Shown: positions 49,001 through 58,335 of the stretch, piece after piece
Numbering within the stretch: position 1 is the stretch's first letter
Layout of the letters: the number at the start of each line of letters is the position of its first letter
Assembly (NCBI GenBank): GCA_965200595.1
Contig: CBDAUE010000008.1
Location: forward strand, 97,859-161,858
Length of the DNA stretch: 64,000 bases
Direction: 5' to 3'
From: Thermodesulfobacteriota bacterium
GTDB taxonomy: Bacteria > Desulfobacterota_D > UBA1144 > Nemesobacterales > Nemesobacteraceae
Translations under genes and position numbers: made by a program
Notes under the pieces: generated by a model
What the model was told of the DNA's origin: nothing
What the model saw: the letters and a program-made list of their open reading frames with translations, nothing else
Database searches by the model: none

Positions 49001-49365
49001 TGATTGGCTATTACACCCGGTTTGGAGACGTGGGAGAGCTGCTCTCCCAGGTTGATGACCGCTACGTGATTATGAACGCTGGTGATGAACTGGTGCTGCT
49101 GTTTCCGGAGGCTGGGCCTGTCAAGGAGGGCTGGACCAGAGACTATGTACTGGTGGGCGACGGCTGGGTGAAGGATGGTAACCTGAACACCACGGCGGGA
49201 AAATATCTACGCCCTCTGCCCTCACATGATGAGCCGAATTACTGGCACATTCCCGGTGAGCTACGCAACGACCCCGTTTACCAACGCCATTTCGAGGACT
49301 GGGTCAACTATCATACACGCTATGTTGCCCCAGACAGGTTTGGACAGGTTGCAAGGCTCCGTTAG
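46018..49365 (+). CDS. CRTAC1-family lipoprotein with N-terminal TPR-like repeats, FG-GAP/VCBS beta-propeller repeats and an ASPIC/UnbV domain
   Basis: 1115 aa with a lipobox LLIIGCGS. It has repeated D-x-D-x-DG Ca-binding-like loops (DIDSDGDSDAVW, DSNSDGVIDLL, DLDNNGGVDIIF) and the ASPIC/UnbV pattern GGEVEIRAGALYQKQPI...HFGLGN...VRITWPNGTVQ. Confidence 0.65.
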   Translation: MRKTSFGAPLLLALLIIGCGSDVPQPGSVEYRDFISAFYSGVAAMEVGEDLRAAAKLEYVTELAPLEPAGWANRALMSMRRGEMETAKAHLAEALAVDPEGTYVPYLSGLMALREGRTEEGQQYLRDAVAADSTNLRASYALWESLGEDDVESAALLAAMRRSAPDNLVLLLADVRQGVAKGERGSAQSLMNRLSAETAQMLGDALQSSSEGDVQSATMQLSFLRNVLLQDPVFRQDLLSVRAPVEVIAYPMVEFRRIEAPAPTPAAKDDSLRFETFPLMQEAISEQLVVAPVALGNGMLPAVFFTDGDSLLTVRGEAWPFPGVPSRHAILGVDYNFDFRTDLGLVGSEGLRILAQDSTEAFADVTSTLGLDTRVLENAYTGIWAADLDLEGDMDLILAAERVRLLRNNGDGTFIEVDYFGDRPAPVNFLWADIDSDGDSDAVWPDEEGDLHIMFNERQARFAESDTPDEIGRVVDLVATDSNSDGVIDLLLLTDGGEVRRLQYQLGWSLEGLGNAPEGADRILAGDLDNNGGVDIIFSGSGGSTVWLQDEDYSFHIHDQTTEVEAQAVVALWRAGTLDLAGLDESGQPVRAEVISPQDYHWKEIRPRAAAAVGDQRINAFGIGGEVEIRAGALYQKQPITQPIIHFGLGNDLLADVVRITWPNGTVQAEFDVQSGSVISAQQRLSGSCPWLFAYDGTEMQFVTDFIWRSPLGLAINAQETAGVMTTEDWVKIRGDQLQPKNGNYDVRITGELWESHFFDHIYLMVVDHPVDTEIFLDERFAFPPPEFSVQVTQPLQSLVSVITDTGEDASERVSEMDAQYLDFFGRGNYQGITRDHYIELDFGPDLPESSWLVANGWLRPTDSSINVAISHGTQPPPSPLRIDVLRENGNWETVYPNLGFPSGKTKTILIDLEGIFASNDPRRIRLHTNLEIFWDALHWAAKASSEEAQITPVAPGSAHLRYRGFSRAEEADRSSPELPEYGVLEGTAPIWRDLIGYYTRFGDVGELLSQVDDRYVIMNAGDELVLLFPEAGPVKEGWTRDYVLVGDGWVKDGNLNTTAGKYLRPLPSHDEPNYWHIPGELRNDPVYQRHFEDWVNYHTRYVAPDRFGQVARLR

Positions 49366-49366
49366 G

Positions 49367-50209
49367 CTATGACTGGAGCTTGAACTTTACCGGAATTGAC
49401 ATGCGCACGCGAACGGCTTTGCCCCGCTGACGGCCCGGCCTGAACTGCTGCTGCATTACCGCAGCAACGGCTTCTTTGTCCAGAACATCGTGAGCAGAGC
49501 GAACAACCACCGGGTCGGTGGGAGTGCCATCGGTATCTACGACTATTTGAACGACAACCATCCCTTCTATGCCGGCCCGTTGTGCGATCAGCGGGTAATT
49601 CAGTGAAGCGGTGAGTGCGGCATGACCGCCGACGATTGAAGGCATCTCTTCAACCACGGTGAATAACTCCTCCTCAAATTCTGTGACGGGGTCTGGAGTA
49701 GGTGGGGGCGGAAGGGGCAGAGGCTCAGAAAAGTCCAGCGGATCGCCCAGGGGGAGCTCATCGTCCTCCAGAATTGTGTCATCGGGGACTTCGATAGGAA
49801 TGGGTGGCGGCGGCGGTGGGGGTGGCTTGATCTCCTGTCGTGTCTGGAGAATCTCCTGCATTGTCACCACCTCCTGCTCAGCAGCAAAGATGGGCTCCGC
49901 TTCCTGGGGGCGCAAATCGAGGTTAAATGCACCGATAATGATCATCAGGGCAAAGGCAAACCCAGCCTGCAAGGTAAAAAGGTGGCCGTGACGCTTCATC
50001 CTGAAACGGTGGGCACGCTCTCTGAAACGTCGCTCCAGCGTCTCCCTGGTCAGATGCGGGACATTCGCTTTGGGCTTGGGATGATACTGGTAAGCTCCTG
50101 CGTGACTCTGAAGAAAACGTCCTATTAGAAATGATCTAAACATGACTTGATAGTTTAAAGTGACTAATTGGTCAGTGAATTTGTATGCGACTATACGTAG
50201 TCTTTTCAC
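49367..50209 (-). CDS. tonB: Energy transducer TonB
   Basis: It has a TM helix, a Pro-rich spacer (PPPPPPPPIPIEVPDD...LPLPPPPTPDP) and a C-terminal TonB domain (GIEGMVVVQIVVDTDG...RVRMSIPVKFKL). The true start may be the internal M at ~49999 (MKRHGHLFTLQAGFAFALMIII). Confidence 0.7.
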   Translation of the reverse strand: MKRLRIVAYKFTDQLVTLNYQVMFRSFLIGRFLQSHAGAYQYHPKPKANVPHLTRETLERRFRERAHRFRMKRHGHLFTLQAGFAFALMIIIGAFNLDLRPQEAEPIFAAEQEVVTMQEILQTRQEIKPPPPPPPPIPIEVPDDTILEDDELPLGDPLDFSEPLPLPPPPTPDPVTEFEEELFTVVEEMPSIVGGHAALTASLNYPLIAQRAGIEGMVVVQIVVDTDGTPTDPVVVRSAHDVLDKEAVAAVMQQQFRPGRQRGKAVRVRMSIPVKFKLQS

Positions 50210-50940
50210 TCAGGATACAAGAAATGTGCCAGTACAAATTTCTTAACATTCCTTTGTGTAGAGTCGGGGCACACCTTCTGCCTCTGTTTCTACTGCTCCT
50301 GACGATCTTATGGCCGTCAGTTGTATGGGCGCAAGAGCATGCTATGTCCATAGCACGCGTTAAATACGGTGGTGGGGGCGACTGGTACAGCGATGAGCAA
50401 TCTCTTCCCGAGCTCCTCTCTTTTGTTCGGGACAATACGCTCCTGAATGTTTCGCCCCGTCCCGAAGTTGTGGAGTTGTCCAACGACAGACTCTTTTCCT
50501 TTCCGTACCTGTACCTTACCGGGCACGGTAATGTTGTTTTTACAACGGAGGAGGCGCAGCGACTGAGGCGATATCTGGAGCAGGGCGGATTCTTGCATAT
50601 CGATGACAACTATGGACTTGATCCTGCAATACGTCGCGAGATGTCAAAGGTGTTTCCGGAACAGAATTTTGTTGAGTTGCCCTTTGATCATGCGATCTAT
50701 GCAGCGCATTATTCGTTCACCGGAGGGCTTCCCAAGATTCATGAACATGATGGCAAACCCAGTCAGGGGTTCGCAATTTTTGACGAATCAGGGCGTGTAT
50801 GTGTCTTCTATACCTACGAGACGGACCTGGGGGATGGCTGGGAGCCGGAATCCGTACACAATAATCCCCCTGAAGTACGCGAGCAGGCGCTTCAGATGGG
50901 GACCAATATTCTCATTTACGCAATGACTGGTACTCGATAA
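50185..50940 (+). CDS. DUF4159-family secreted protein
   Basis: 251 aa with a signal peptide (LLPLFLLLLTILWPSVVWAQEHA). The conserved block ARVKYGGGGDWYSDEQSLPELL...YLYLTGHGNVVFTEEAQRLRRYLEQGGFLHIDDNYG is typical of DUF4159. The start is probably the M at ~50224. Confidence 0.6.
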   Translation: MRLYVVFSLRIQEMCQYKFLNIPLCRVGAHLLPLFLLLLTILWPSVVWAQEHAMSIARVKYGGGGDWYSDEQSLPELLSFVRDNTLLNVSPRPEVVELSNDRLFSFPYLYLTGHGNVVFTTEEAQRLRRYLEQGGFLHIDDNYGLDPAIRREMSKVFPEQNFVELPFDHAIYAAHYSFTGGLPKIHEHDGKPSQGFAIFDESGRVCVFYTYETDLGDGWEPESVHNNPPEVREQALQMGTNILIYAMTGTR

Positions 50941-50949
50941 ACTCACGAT

Positions 50950-52263
50950 TTGGTAATGAAAAGTTTACAGCATGCTGATCCTGCCATCGCTGCTGCGATA
51001 GAGCAGGAAGTTGCACGTCAGAACGAGGGACTTGAGCTGATTGCTTCAGAAAACTTCGTCTCCATGGCGGTGATGGAGGCGATGGGGACGCCCCTCACGA
51101 ATAAATACGCCGAAGGTCTCCCCGGTCGTCGCTACTACGGGGGATGTGCTCATGTGGATACCGCCGAAAATCTAGCAAGGGATCGAGCACGGAAGCTGTT
51201 CAATTGCGCGTGGGTAAATGTGCAGCCTCATTCCGGCGCCAGTGCCAATGCTGCGGTTTACCTTACGCTCCTCAAACCCGGCGATACCTTTTTGGGACTG
51301 GATTTGGCTCACGGGGGACACCTGACACATGGAAGTGCGGTGAATTTCTCCGGGATACTCTACAAGGCCGAGTACTACGGTGTTGAGCGCGATGGCCCCC
51401 TGCAAGGCCGAATAGATATGAACCGTGTCCGAGACAAGGCGCTGGAGATTCGTCCCAAAATGATCTCTATCGGCGCCAGTGCATACTCCCGCGATTTTGA
51501 CTACGCGGCCTTTCGAGAAATCGCTGATGAAGTCGGAGCTTTTTTGTGGATGGACATGGCACACCCTGCAGGATTGATTGCCGCTGGGGTGCTCAATGAT
51601 CCCTTACCTCACGCCCATGTAGTCACCACTACGACACACAAGACACTACGTGGTCCCCGAGGGGGAATGATCCTTATGGGCAAGGACTTTCCAAACACCC
51701 TGGGGAAGGTCGCACCGAAGAGCGGAAGAGTGCGGCGCATGAGTGAGCTTTTTGATTCGGCAGTATTTCCGGGAACGCAGGGTGGTCCCCTGATGCATGT
51801 GATTGCTGCCAAGGCGGTCTCTTTTGGTGAGGCCTTGAAGCCAGAATTCAAGGAGTATGCGCTACAGGTTCAGAAAAATGCTGCTGCAATGGCAGAGGCA
51901 TTTCTGGAAAGAGGCTACAAGGTTATTAGCGGAGGCACAGACAATCACCTGGTGCTGGTTGATCTGCGAAACAAGGGACTTACAGGCAAGGTCGCCGAAC
52001 GAGCACTTCAGAAGGCCGAGATTACCGTTAACAAGAATATGGTCCCATTCGATACAAAGAGCCCCTTTGTGACAAGCGGAATCCGTTTGGGTACCTCGGC
52101 GGTGACCACTCGGGGATTTTCCGAGGACACGATGAGGCAGGTGGTTTCTCTTATAGATGCGGTGCTCCAGCGTCCGACTGATTCTGAGATCCATGCCGCG
52201 GTGCGGAGCAAAGTCCGGACCATTACCGAGGCTTATCCCCTCTACGACTATAGCACCCTTTGA
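50950..52263 (+). CDS. glyA: Serine hydroxymethyltransferase
   Basis: 437 aa. ...[34 protein letters not shown]... plus the PLP-lysine region [14 protein letters not shown] are unmistakable. Confidence 0.95.
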   Translation: MVMKSLQHADPAIAAAIEQEVARQNEGLELIASENFVSMAVMEAMGTPLTNKYAEGLPGRRYYGGCAHVDTAENLARDRARKLFNCAWVNVQPHSGASANAAVYLTLLKPGDTFLGLDLAHGGHLTHGSAVNFSGILYKAEYYGVERDGPLQGRIDMNRVRDKALEIRPKMISIGASAYSRDFDYAAFREIADEVGAFLWMDMAHPAGLIAAGVLNDPLPHAHVVTTTTHKTLRGPRGGMILMGKDFPNTLGKVAPKSGRVRRMSELFDSAVFPGTQGGPLMHVIAAKAVSFGEALKPEFKEYALQVQKNAAAMAEAFLERGYKVISGGTDNHLVLVDLRNKGLTGKVAERALQKAEITVNKNMVPFDTKSPFVTSGIRLGTSAVTTRGFSEDTMRQVVSLIDAVLQRPTDSEIHAAVRSKVRTITEAYPLYDYSTL

Positions 52264-52314
52264 ACCGCTAAAAGAATCTTCTGTAGAACGGGGGTCACGC
52301 TGGAAAAGAAGGCG

Positions 52315-52905
52315 GTGTTAGAAACAATAGATCGTCCATTTCCGAAGGAATTGGCGCAGCGGCTTTTTGATCTGTCGTTGGTACGCAAGGATGAGGAATT
52401 CCTTACCGGTCCCGATGGCATTCCGGTTGCTTGGCTGTTGGATGCCCGTGTTCCGATGCTTATGGGGGAAGCAGCAAGAGATGTGGGGATCACCCTTGCC
52501 GATCGGTTGCGAGCTCGTGGCACGACGCAGATTGCCGGATATGGGCTGGGGGCATTTCCTGTTGTTTGCTCGGTGCTTAATGCACCGGGGTCTCCGCCAC
52601 TACGGGGAGGATTTATTCGTGAAGAGCGAAAAAAGTATGGTCGGCATCGTCTGGTAGAGGGACCTCTCCAGAGGCATGAGCCGATTGTGGTTGTCGACGA
52701 TATTCTCAATAGTGGCAGCAGCGCGGTTTATGCGGTTGAAGCGTTACAAACAGAGGGATACCAGGTAAAGGGGGTCGCGGCAGTCTTCGAGTATACATGG
52801 AGTCAGGGGAGAAAGCGTCTTGAGGAACAGGGACTATGGGTTGAATCCCTCGTTGACCTCTGTATCGGTAGTGAGAACAGTAAAAGCAGATCAGATTCGG
52901 TTTAG
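52315..52905 (+). CDS. Type I phosphoribosyltransferase (orotate-PRTase-like)
   Basis: 196 aa with the PRPP-binding motif PIVVVDDILNSGSSA, followed by a flexible loop and hood arrangement like PyrE-type PRTases. Confidence 0.55.
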   Translation: MLETIDRPFPKELAQRLFDLSLVRKDEEFLTGPDGIPVAWLLDARVPMLMGEAARDVGITLADRLRARGTTQIAGYGLGAFPVVCSVLNAPGSPPLRGGFIREERKKYGRHRLVEGPLQRHEPIVVVDDILNSGSSAVYAVEALQTEGYQVKGVAAVFEYTWSQGRKRLEEQGLWVESLVDLCIGSENSKSRSDSV

Positions 52906-52908
52906 TTC

Positions 52909-53817
52909 ATGGCACGCAGCTTTTTAAGCTTGATTCGGCGCAAGCGGTCACGACAGCATAATAAAGCTGCTGGAAAAGGCGATGCTGAGGCTCCCGAGAA
53001 AGGGAGCGCCACGGCTGCGGAGGAACCCAAAGAGAGGAAGCTCGGTGGTGAAATGAGCTTTCTGGAGCATCTCGAAGACCTGCGGTGGACCTTTATCAAA
53101 GGTGGAGCAGGTGTCCTTGTGATGATCGTGTTTGCGGCAATTTTCAGCAACTGGATTGTGGAAGAGCTGCTGATGGGCCCAGCCAGAGAGGACTTTTTTA
53201 TGTATCGCCTCCTGAATTTTGAGGCCCAAACACTTGTCCTGCAAAGCCGAAACCCAACAGGTCAGTTCTTTGCCCACATGGGGATCATCCTGGCTGTTGG
53301 CTTTTTGGCCGGTTCTCCTATTCTGATCTATTATCTGTGGAAATTTGTCGAGCCCGGACTGTATCCCAAGGAGAAAAAGGGCATGCGCTATTCGGCTTTG
53401 TCAGCGTCACTGTTCTTTCTGGTCGGCGCATCCTTTGGGTACTGCATTACTACCCCGTTGGCACTTCAGTTTTTTAATAACTATCAAATATCACCGATCA
53501 TTGTCAACGAGTTTGATATCACCCGCTACTTCAGCATGCTGATGTGGTGGGTCTTTGGTGCTGGCCTGCTTTTTGAGCTCCCTGTTGCAATTTATTTTCT
53601 TGCGAGACTCGGTATTGCAACACCGGAGCGCTTACGTGCCAGTCGCAAGTATGCCATTCCTGGGCTGATGATTATTTCAGCTATGATGACGCCCCAGGAC
53701 CCCTTTACCATGCTTTTGATGTGGTTGCCTCTGATGGGTCTATTCGAAGGTTCGATCATCGTGGCCAAGGTATCTATTGAGCGCCGCGATAAGGCAATGG
53801 AGAAAGCCTTGTCCTGA
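52909..53817 (+). CDS. tatC: Twin-arginine translocase subunit TatC
   Basis: Six TM helices and a conserved N-terminal MSFLEHLEDLRW. The 48-aa basic extension upstream of that M may not be translated (alternative start ~53053). Confidence 0.85.
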   Translation: MARSFLSLIRRKRSRQHNKAAGKGDAEAPEKGSATAAEEPKERKLGGEMSFLEHLEDLRWTFIKGGAGVLVMIVFAAIFSNWIVEELLMGPAREDFFMYRLLNFEAQTLVLQSRNPTGQFFAHMGIILAVGFLAGSPILIYYLWKFVEPGLYPKEKKGMRYSALSASLFFLVGASFGYCITTPLALQFFNNYQISPIIVNEFDITRYFSMLMWWVFGAGLLFELPVAIYFLARLGIATPERLRASRKYAIPGLMIISAMMTPQDPFTMLLMWLPLMGLFEGSIIVAKVSIERRDKAMEKALS

Positions 53818-53850
53818 GGGAAGCAGGCCTAGGAGGAGAGAGGAATTGTG

Positions 53851-55050
53851 CTATCGGGCAATCTGGTCGATTACCCACATGAGTGTGCGAACACCGAGGC
53901 CAGCGGTAATCACCACGATTGCGACACCCAAAGCCTTGTACCACTTCGGGAGAGTGACAGCCCGTTGGCGAGAAGTGAGGTAAAGAACAAACCCTGCCAT
54001 TAGAGGGAGCAGAAGCCCGTTTGCAGCCTGGGCAGCGATAATGATTTCGAGGGGATTGCGCCCTACCAGTGCAAATGCCAGACCGGTAACAAGGACGGAA
54101 ATCCACACGGCCCTGAATCTCCAGTCACTAGCGTCATCGGGCCAGTTAAAAATCTCTCGCACCCCAAATGCTGCAGCCAGCGGGGCCGTTACCGCAGAAG
54201 TGATTCCTGCTGCAAAAAGTCCCAGTCCAAAAAGAAGTCTTGCGGCACCACCGGCTGCTGGTTCGATGATAGGCGCTATATCAGCGACACCTCCAATGCC
54301 TCCTTCCGGTACCGTAAGTGTCGCCCCAGCCAAAAGGATAGCGATAGAGATCAGCCCCCCAAGAGGCAAAAAAATCGCCATACCGATCATTTCGCGTCGC
54401 CAGGCCTTCTGTGATACAGTGTTATTCCAGTACTTTTTGACGGCGCTGGCATGCAAGAACAGGTTGTAGGTCACGACTGTGGTCCCAACAAGGGCCAAGC
54501 CTTTGAGGAGGCTGCCGTCTGGCAGGCGGGGAAGGAATAGTCCATCGAGTGCTGCTCCCCAGTCAACTGGTGCCAAAAAGACAGTGACCAGAAATACCAC
54601 GCTCATCAAGGCAACCAGCGCTCCCAGAATTTTCGTCAGGATGCTAAGGTTTAGAGCAAGGATAAAAGCGGCAACTGCCCCTAGAACAAGAAGGATGGCT
54701 ATGCGATTTGTCTGGCCATCGAGTAGAGACTCAATTCCAGCGGAAGCACCCAGAAGGTTTCCTGTTTGAAAGGCGGCCGTACCCATCCAAAGCCCCGCGA
54801 CTACCAGAACGGCTACCAGTAGTCGTGTTAGAGGTGTCTTGGCCGCCTCACGCATTGCTTCACCAACACCCCTGCGGGCGAGGATGCCGGCACCAGCAGA
54901 AAAAGACTGCAAAACGAATGTCGCAGCAACAGCAAAAACCAGTATCCAGCCAAGCGTGTATCCAAACTCAATCCCTGCGGTAGCACAAGTCAGAACAGTC
55001 CCTGGACCAACAAAGGCTGCAACGACCACCGAGGAAGTACCGAGTTTCAT
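53851..55050 (-). CDS. Nramp-family-like divalent metal cation transporter (short, ~11 TM)
   Basis: 399-aa polytopic membrane protein with an N-terminal FVGPGTV-type motif. It resembles short bacterial Nramp-superfamily members but lacks the canonical DPGN. I assign it from memory with moderate certainty. Confidence 0.45.
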   Translation of the reverse strand: MKLGTSSVVVAAFVGPGTVLTCATAGIEFGYTLGWILVFAVAATFVLQSFSAGAGILARRGVGEAMREAAKTPLTRLLVAVLVVAGLWMGTAAFQTGNLLGASAGIESLLDGQTNRIAILLVLGAVAAFILALNLSILTKILGALVALMSVVFLVTVFLAPVDWGAALDGLFLPRLPDGSLLKGLALVGTTVVTYNLFLHASAVKKYWNNTVSQKAWRREMIGMAIFLPLGGLISIAILLAGATLTVPEGGIGGVADIAPIIEPAAGGAARLLFGLGLFAAGITSAVTAPLAAAFGVREIFNWPDDASDWRFRAVWISVLVTGLAFALVGRNPLEIIIAAQAANGLLLPLMAGFVLYLTSRQRAVTLPKWYKALGVAIVVITAGLGVRTLMWVIDQIAR

Positions 55051-55127
55051 AGAATTGAGAGAGTATCCACTGGGCGTGAGGGATTACCGCAGGATAGGTA
55101 GAAATTACAAGGACATCCTTGGTTAAA

Positions 55128-56234
55128 TCAAGTGATCTCCCAGGTGTCACCGAGTCCAAGAAGTGCATCCAGGTCACCCTCTCCGCGCAGCTTCACGACA
55201 TGGTCCAACTGTTTGTGTAGGCTATCTTCGTATGAAACACGAGGACTACAGTAGAAAACCCCGAAGGGGCGAGGCAAGTCCGTGTCTCCAAAAAGTCTGG
55301 AGATAATGCTGGCCAAATCCAGACTTGTTTCGTCATGAACAATGGCATCATTGACAGACCAATCACCGCTGGTGAGGTCGATTGATTTCAGCTTGAATCC
55401 TTCCAGACGCAGCCCTCGGGTACCGTTGGCGTACACCAATGGCTTCCCGTGCTCGATGTATACCGTGCGATCGGGCTTGGTGCCTCTGTCCGTAAATTCG
55501 AAGAAGGCCCCATCGTTGTAGATGTTGCAGTTTTGATAAATCTCTACCAAAGATGCCCCGTTATGCTTATGGGCCCGCTTAAGGATGGTGGTGAGATGCT
55601 TCGGGTCACGATCCGCAGATCGTGCTACGAAACTGGCAGAAGCGCCCAAGGCCAGCGATACGGGGTTGAAGGGGGGGGCCATCGACCCGTAAGGGGAGCT
55701 TTTGGTGATTTTCCCGAACTCGGATGTTGGACTGAATTGTCCCTTGGTTAGCCCATAGATCTGATTGTTGAACAGCAGTATTTGGCAGTTAACGTTTCGT
55801 CGCAGGATATGGATGAAATGGTTTCCCCCAATAGACAGGGCATCTCCATCTCCGGTTACGACCCACACATCCAAATCGGGCCTGGATGCTTTCAAGCCCG
55901 TCACAAGCGTAGGGGCTCGTCCATGGATTGAGTGCATCCCGTAGGTGTTCATGTAGTAGGGGAAGCGGCTGGAGCACCCAATGCCGCTGATGAACACCAC
56001 TTTCTCCCGTTTGACGCCCAGCTTGGGCATCAGTCTCTGAACAGTTGCCAGGATAGCGTAGTCGCCACATCCGGGACACCAGCGAACATCCTGATCGCTG
56101 GTAAAATCCTTGCGCGTAAGCCCGTTTTTGGGTTTGGGCTTCCGTATCCCCATGGGTGGCCTGCCCTTTGGAGGACGTTTGGGCCTTGGTTTGGCGAATC
56201 CGGGGGGAAGCGTCGGTTTTTTTGGTCCGGACAT
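55128..56234 (-). CDS. korB: 2-oxoacid:ferredoxin oxidoreductase beta subunit (TPP-binding)
   Basis: 368 aa with CPGCGDYAI and TPP-binding GDGD...N patterns. It is directly downstream of the alpha subunit. Confidence 0.85.
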   Translation of the reverse strand: MSGPKKPTLPPGFAKPRPKRPPKGRPPMGIRKPKPKNGLTRKDFTSDQDVRWCPGCGDYAILATVQRLMPKLGVKREKVVFISGIGCSSRFPYYMNTYGMHSIHGRAPTLVTGLKASRPDLDVWVVTGDGDALSIGGNHFIHILRRNVNCQILLFNNQIYGLTKGQFSPTSEFGKITKSSPYGSMAPPFNPVSLALGASASFVARSADRDPKHLTTILKRAHKHNGASLVEIYQNCNIYNDGAFFEFTDRGTKPDRTVYIEHGKPLVYANGTRGLRLEGFKLKSIDLTSGDWSVNDAIVHDETSLDLASIISRLFGDTDLPRPFGVFYCSPRVSYEDSLHKQLDHVVKLRGEGDLDALLGLGDTWEIT

Positions 56235-56240
56235 GATCGA

Positions 56241-58166
56241 TTACGTTAGATCGAGAATGGCTCTTTCAACTTCGCCCGCCTTGAATGGGCGACCTTCAAC
56301 CTTGTTAAGCCCCACAAATGGGAGAAGGAATTTATTTCGCAGCAGCATCGAGAGCTGCCCCGTATTCATCTCGGGGATCAGATACTGTTCAAAGCTGGTC
56401 AGAATTCTTCCAAGGTCCGGGGGCAGTGGATTAAGGAACTTGAGTTGTACGGCCCCCACTTTATAGCCTCGGCTTCGGACCCTATCGACCGCAACGCGGA
56501 TGGAGCCTTCAGTGGAGCCCCAGCCTACAACGAGGATGTCTCCTTCCTGGTCGCCGTAAATTTCCAAAGGCGGAATATCCTGGGCCACACGTGCAACCTT
56601 CTCTGCACGCAAGTCCGTCATCAGCTGATGATTTTCAGGGTCGTATGAAACGTTTCCTGTTTCGTTTTGCTTTTCCAGTCCTCCCAGGCGATGTTCGAGG
56701 CCTTTCGTTCCGGGTCGTGCCCACGAGCGTGCTAGCGTGTTATTGTCCCGCGCATAAGGCAGAAATGCAGGCTGGCCATCAACCACGCGGTTAGGTTTGG
56801 ATGCAAACTTCACCTTGAAGGGGGACAGCTCACTGGAGTGAGGAATACGCCATGGTTCAGCACCATTGGCCATGTATCCATCTGCAAGAAGGATCACCGG
56901 GCACATGTACTTGACGGCAAGGCGGCACGCTTCATAAGCCATAAAGAAGCAGTCCCCTGGAGTGGAAGGAGCAAGTACAGGAAGAGGAGACTCTCCATTG
57001 CGGCCAAACAGGGCCTGCAACAGGTCACTTTGCTCCGTCTTGGTTGGAAGGCCCGTGGAAGGTCCGCCGCGCTGAACATTGACAATGACCATGGGGAGCT
57101 CCATCATCACAGCCAGTCCGACGGCTTCTGCTTTCAGGGCCATTCCGGGACCACTGGTGGCGCAGACGCCCAGGCTGCCTCCAAAACTTGCGCCGATCGT
57201 AGCCCCTACAGCGGCAATCTCATCTTCAGCCTGGAAAGAGAGGATGCCAAAATTTTTATGCCGGCTGAGCTCATGCAGGAGATCCGAGGCCGGGGTGATA
57301 GGGTAGCTGCTATATAATAGGTGCAACTTGCTTTTTGAAGCTGCCGCTACCAAGCCCATTGCCAGCGCCTGGGCACCACGAATCAGACGATACCGACCCG
57401 GAGGTTGGGATGCCGGGGCAACATCATAATTGACGATAAAATCCTCGGTGGTTTCGCCAAAATGAAATCCATTCTTGAGGACATGAACGTTGGCATCACG
57501 AATCTTGGGCTTCTTGGCAAATTTTCGTTCCAGCCATTCAATGGCCGGCTCGACTGGACGCGAGTACAGCCACAGTGCCAGGCCCAGGGCAAACATATTC
57601 TTGCTCCGATCCATGGACTTTTTGTCCATCCCAAAGTCCTTGAGTGCCTCATCGGTCATGTGGGAAATTTCTACCGGAAAAACCCGATAGCCCTCCAGAG
57701 ACTTGGGGTCTTCAAGGGGATTGGATTTGCCGTAGCCTGCAAGCTTCAGATTGTGAGGCTTGAAAGCATTTTTGTTGACCATGATTGCACCCCCAGGTTT
57801 CACGCGCGAAAGGTTGACCTTCAGCGCAGCAGGATTCATGGCAACAAGGAGGTCCACCTCGTCACCGGGGGTGCGAATGCTCGAAGAGCCAAAATGAAGC
57901 TGGAAACCACTAACACCATAGGTTGTCCCAGCAGGAGCACGAATCTCCGCAGGAAAGTCAGGGAGTGTAGCTAGGTCGTTATACGCCAAGGCTGTGGCTA
58001 GCGTGAATTGCGTACCGGTAAGCTGCATTCCATCTCCGGAATCGCCAGCGAACAGGATAGTGGCGTCGGAAAGTTTCTCGGTCTTCTTGAGAATAGTGGT
58101 CTCTTGCGACATGAGCTGATATAATGCAATCTTTAATTCAACATACTGTAGTTCGGTCGGTTGCAC
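56241..58166 (-). CDS. korA: 2-oxoacid:ferredoxin oxidoreductase alpha subunit (fused gamma-alpha type)
   Basis: 641 aa. Its N-terminal gamma-like domain is followed by the pyruvate-flavodoxin-oxidoreductase-type alpha domain. It is adjacent to korB. Confidence 0.85.
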   Translation of the reverse strand: MQPTELQYVELKIALYQLMSQETTILKKTEKLSDATILFAGDSGDGMQLTGTQFTLATALAYNDLATLPDFPAEIRAPAGTTYGVSGFQLHFGSSSIRTPGDEVDLLVAMNPAALKVNLSRVKPGGAIMVNKNAFKPHNLKLAGYGKSNPLEDPKSLEGYRVFPVEISHMTDEALKDFGMDKKSMDRSKNMFALGLALWLYSRPVEPAIEWLERKFAKKPKIRDANVHVLKNGFHFGETTEDFIVNYDVAPASQPPGRYRLIRGAQALAMGLVAAASKSKLHLLYSSYPITPASDLLHELSRHKNFGILSFQAEDEIAAVGATIGASFGGSLGVCATSGPGMALKAEAVGLAVMMELPMVIVNVQRGGPSTGLPTKTEQSDLLQALFGRNGESPLPVLAPSTPGDCFFMAYEACRLAVKYMCPVILLADGYMANGAEPWRIPHSSELSPFKVKFASKPNRVVDGQPAFLPYARDNNTLARSWARPGTKGLEHRLGGLEKQNETGNVSYDPENHQLMTDLRAEKVARVAQDIPPLEIYGDQEGDILVVGWGSTEGSIRVAVDRVRSRGYKVGAVQLKFLNPLPPDLGRILTSFEQYLIPEMNTGQLSMLLRNKFLLPFVGLNKVEGRPFKAGEVERAILDLT

Positions 58167-58335
58167 ATAACTTTTTTCTTATGGCGCGACAGAATAGAGT
58201 TTGTAGAAATGCAATCGGGGTCCAGGCGTTATAGTGATTAACGAGGGGAAATGCCAGGATGCTGCCATCGAGAGAAGGGCTTTGCAATAACTGATCCGGC
58301 GCGAGGCTGAATAATCATATAAGCCGTTCTTCTTT

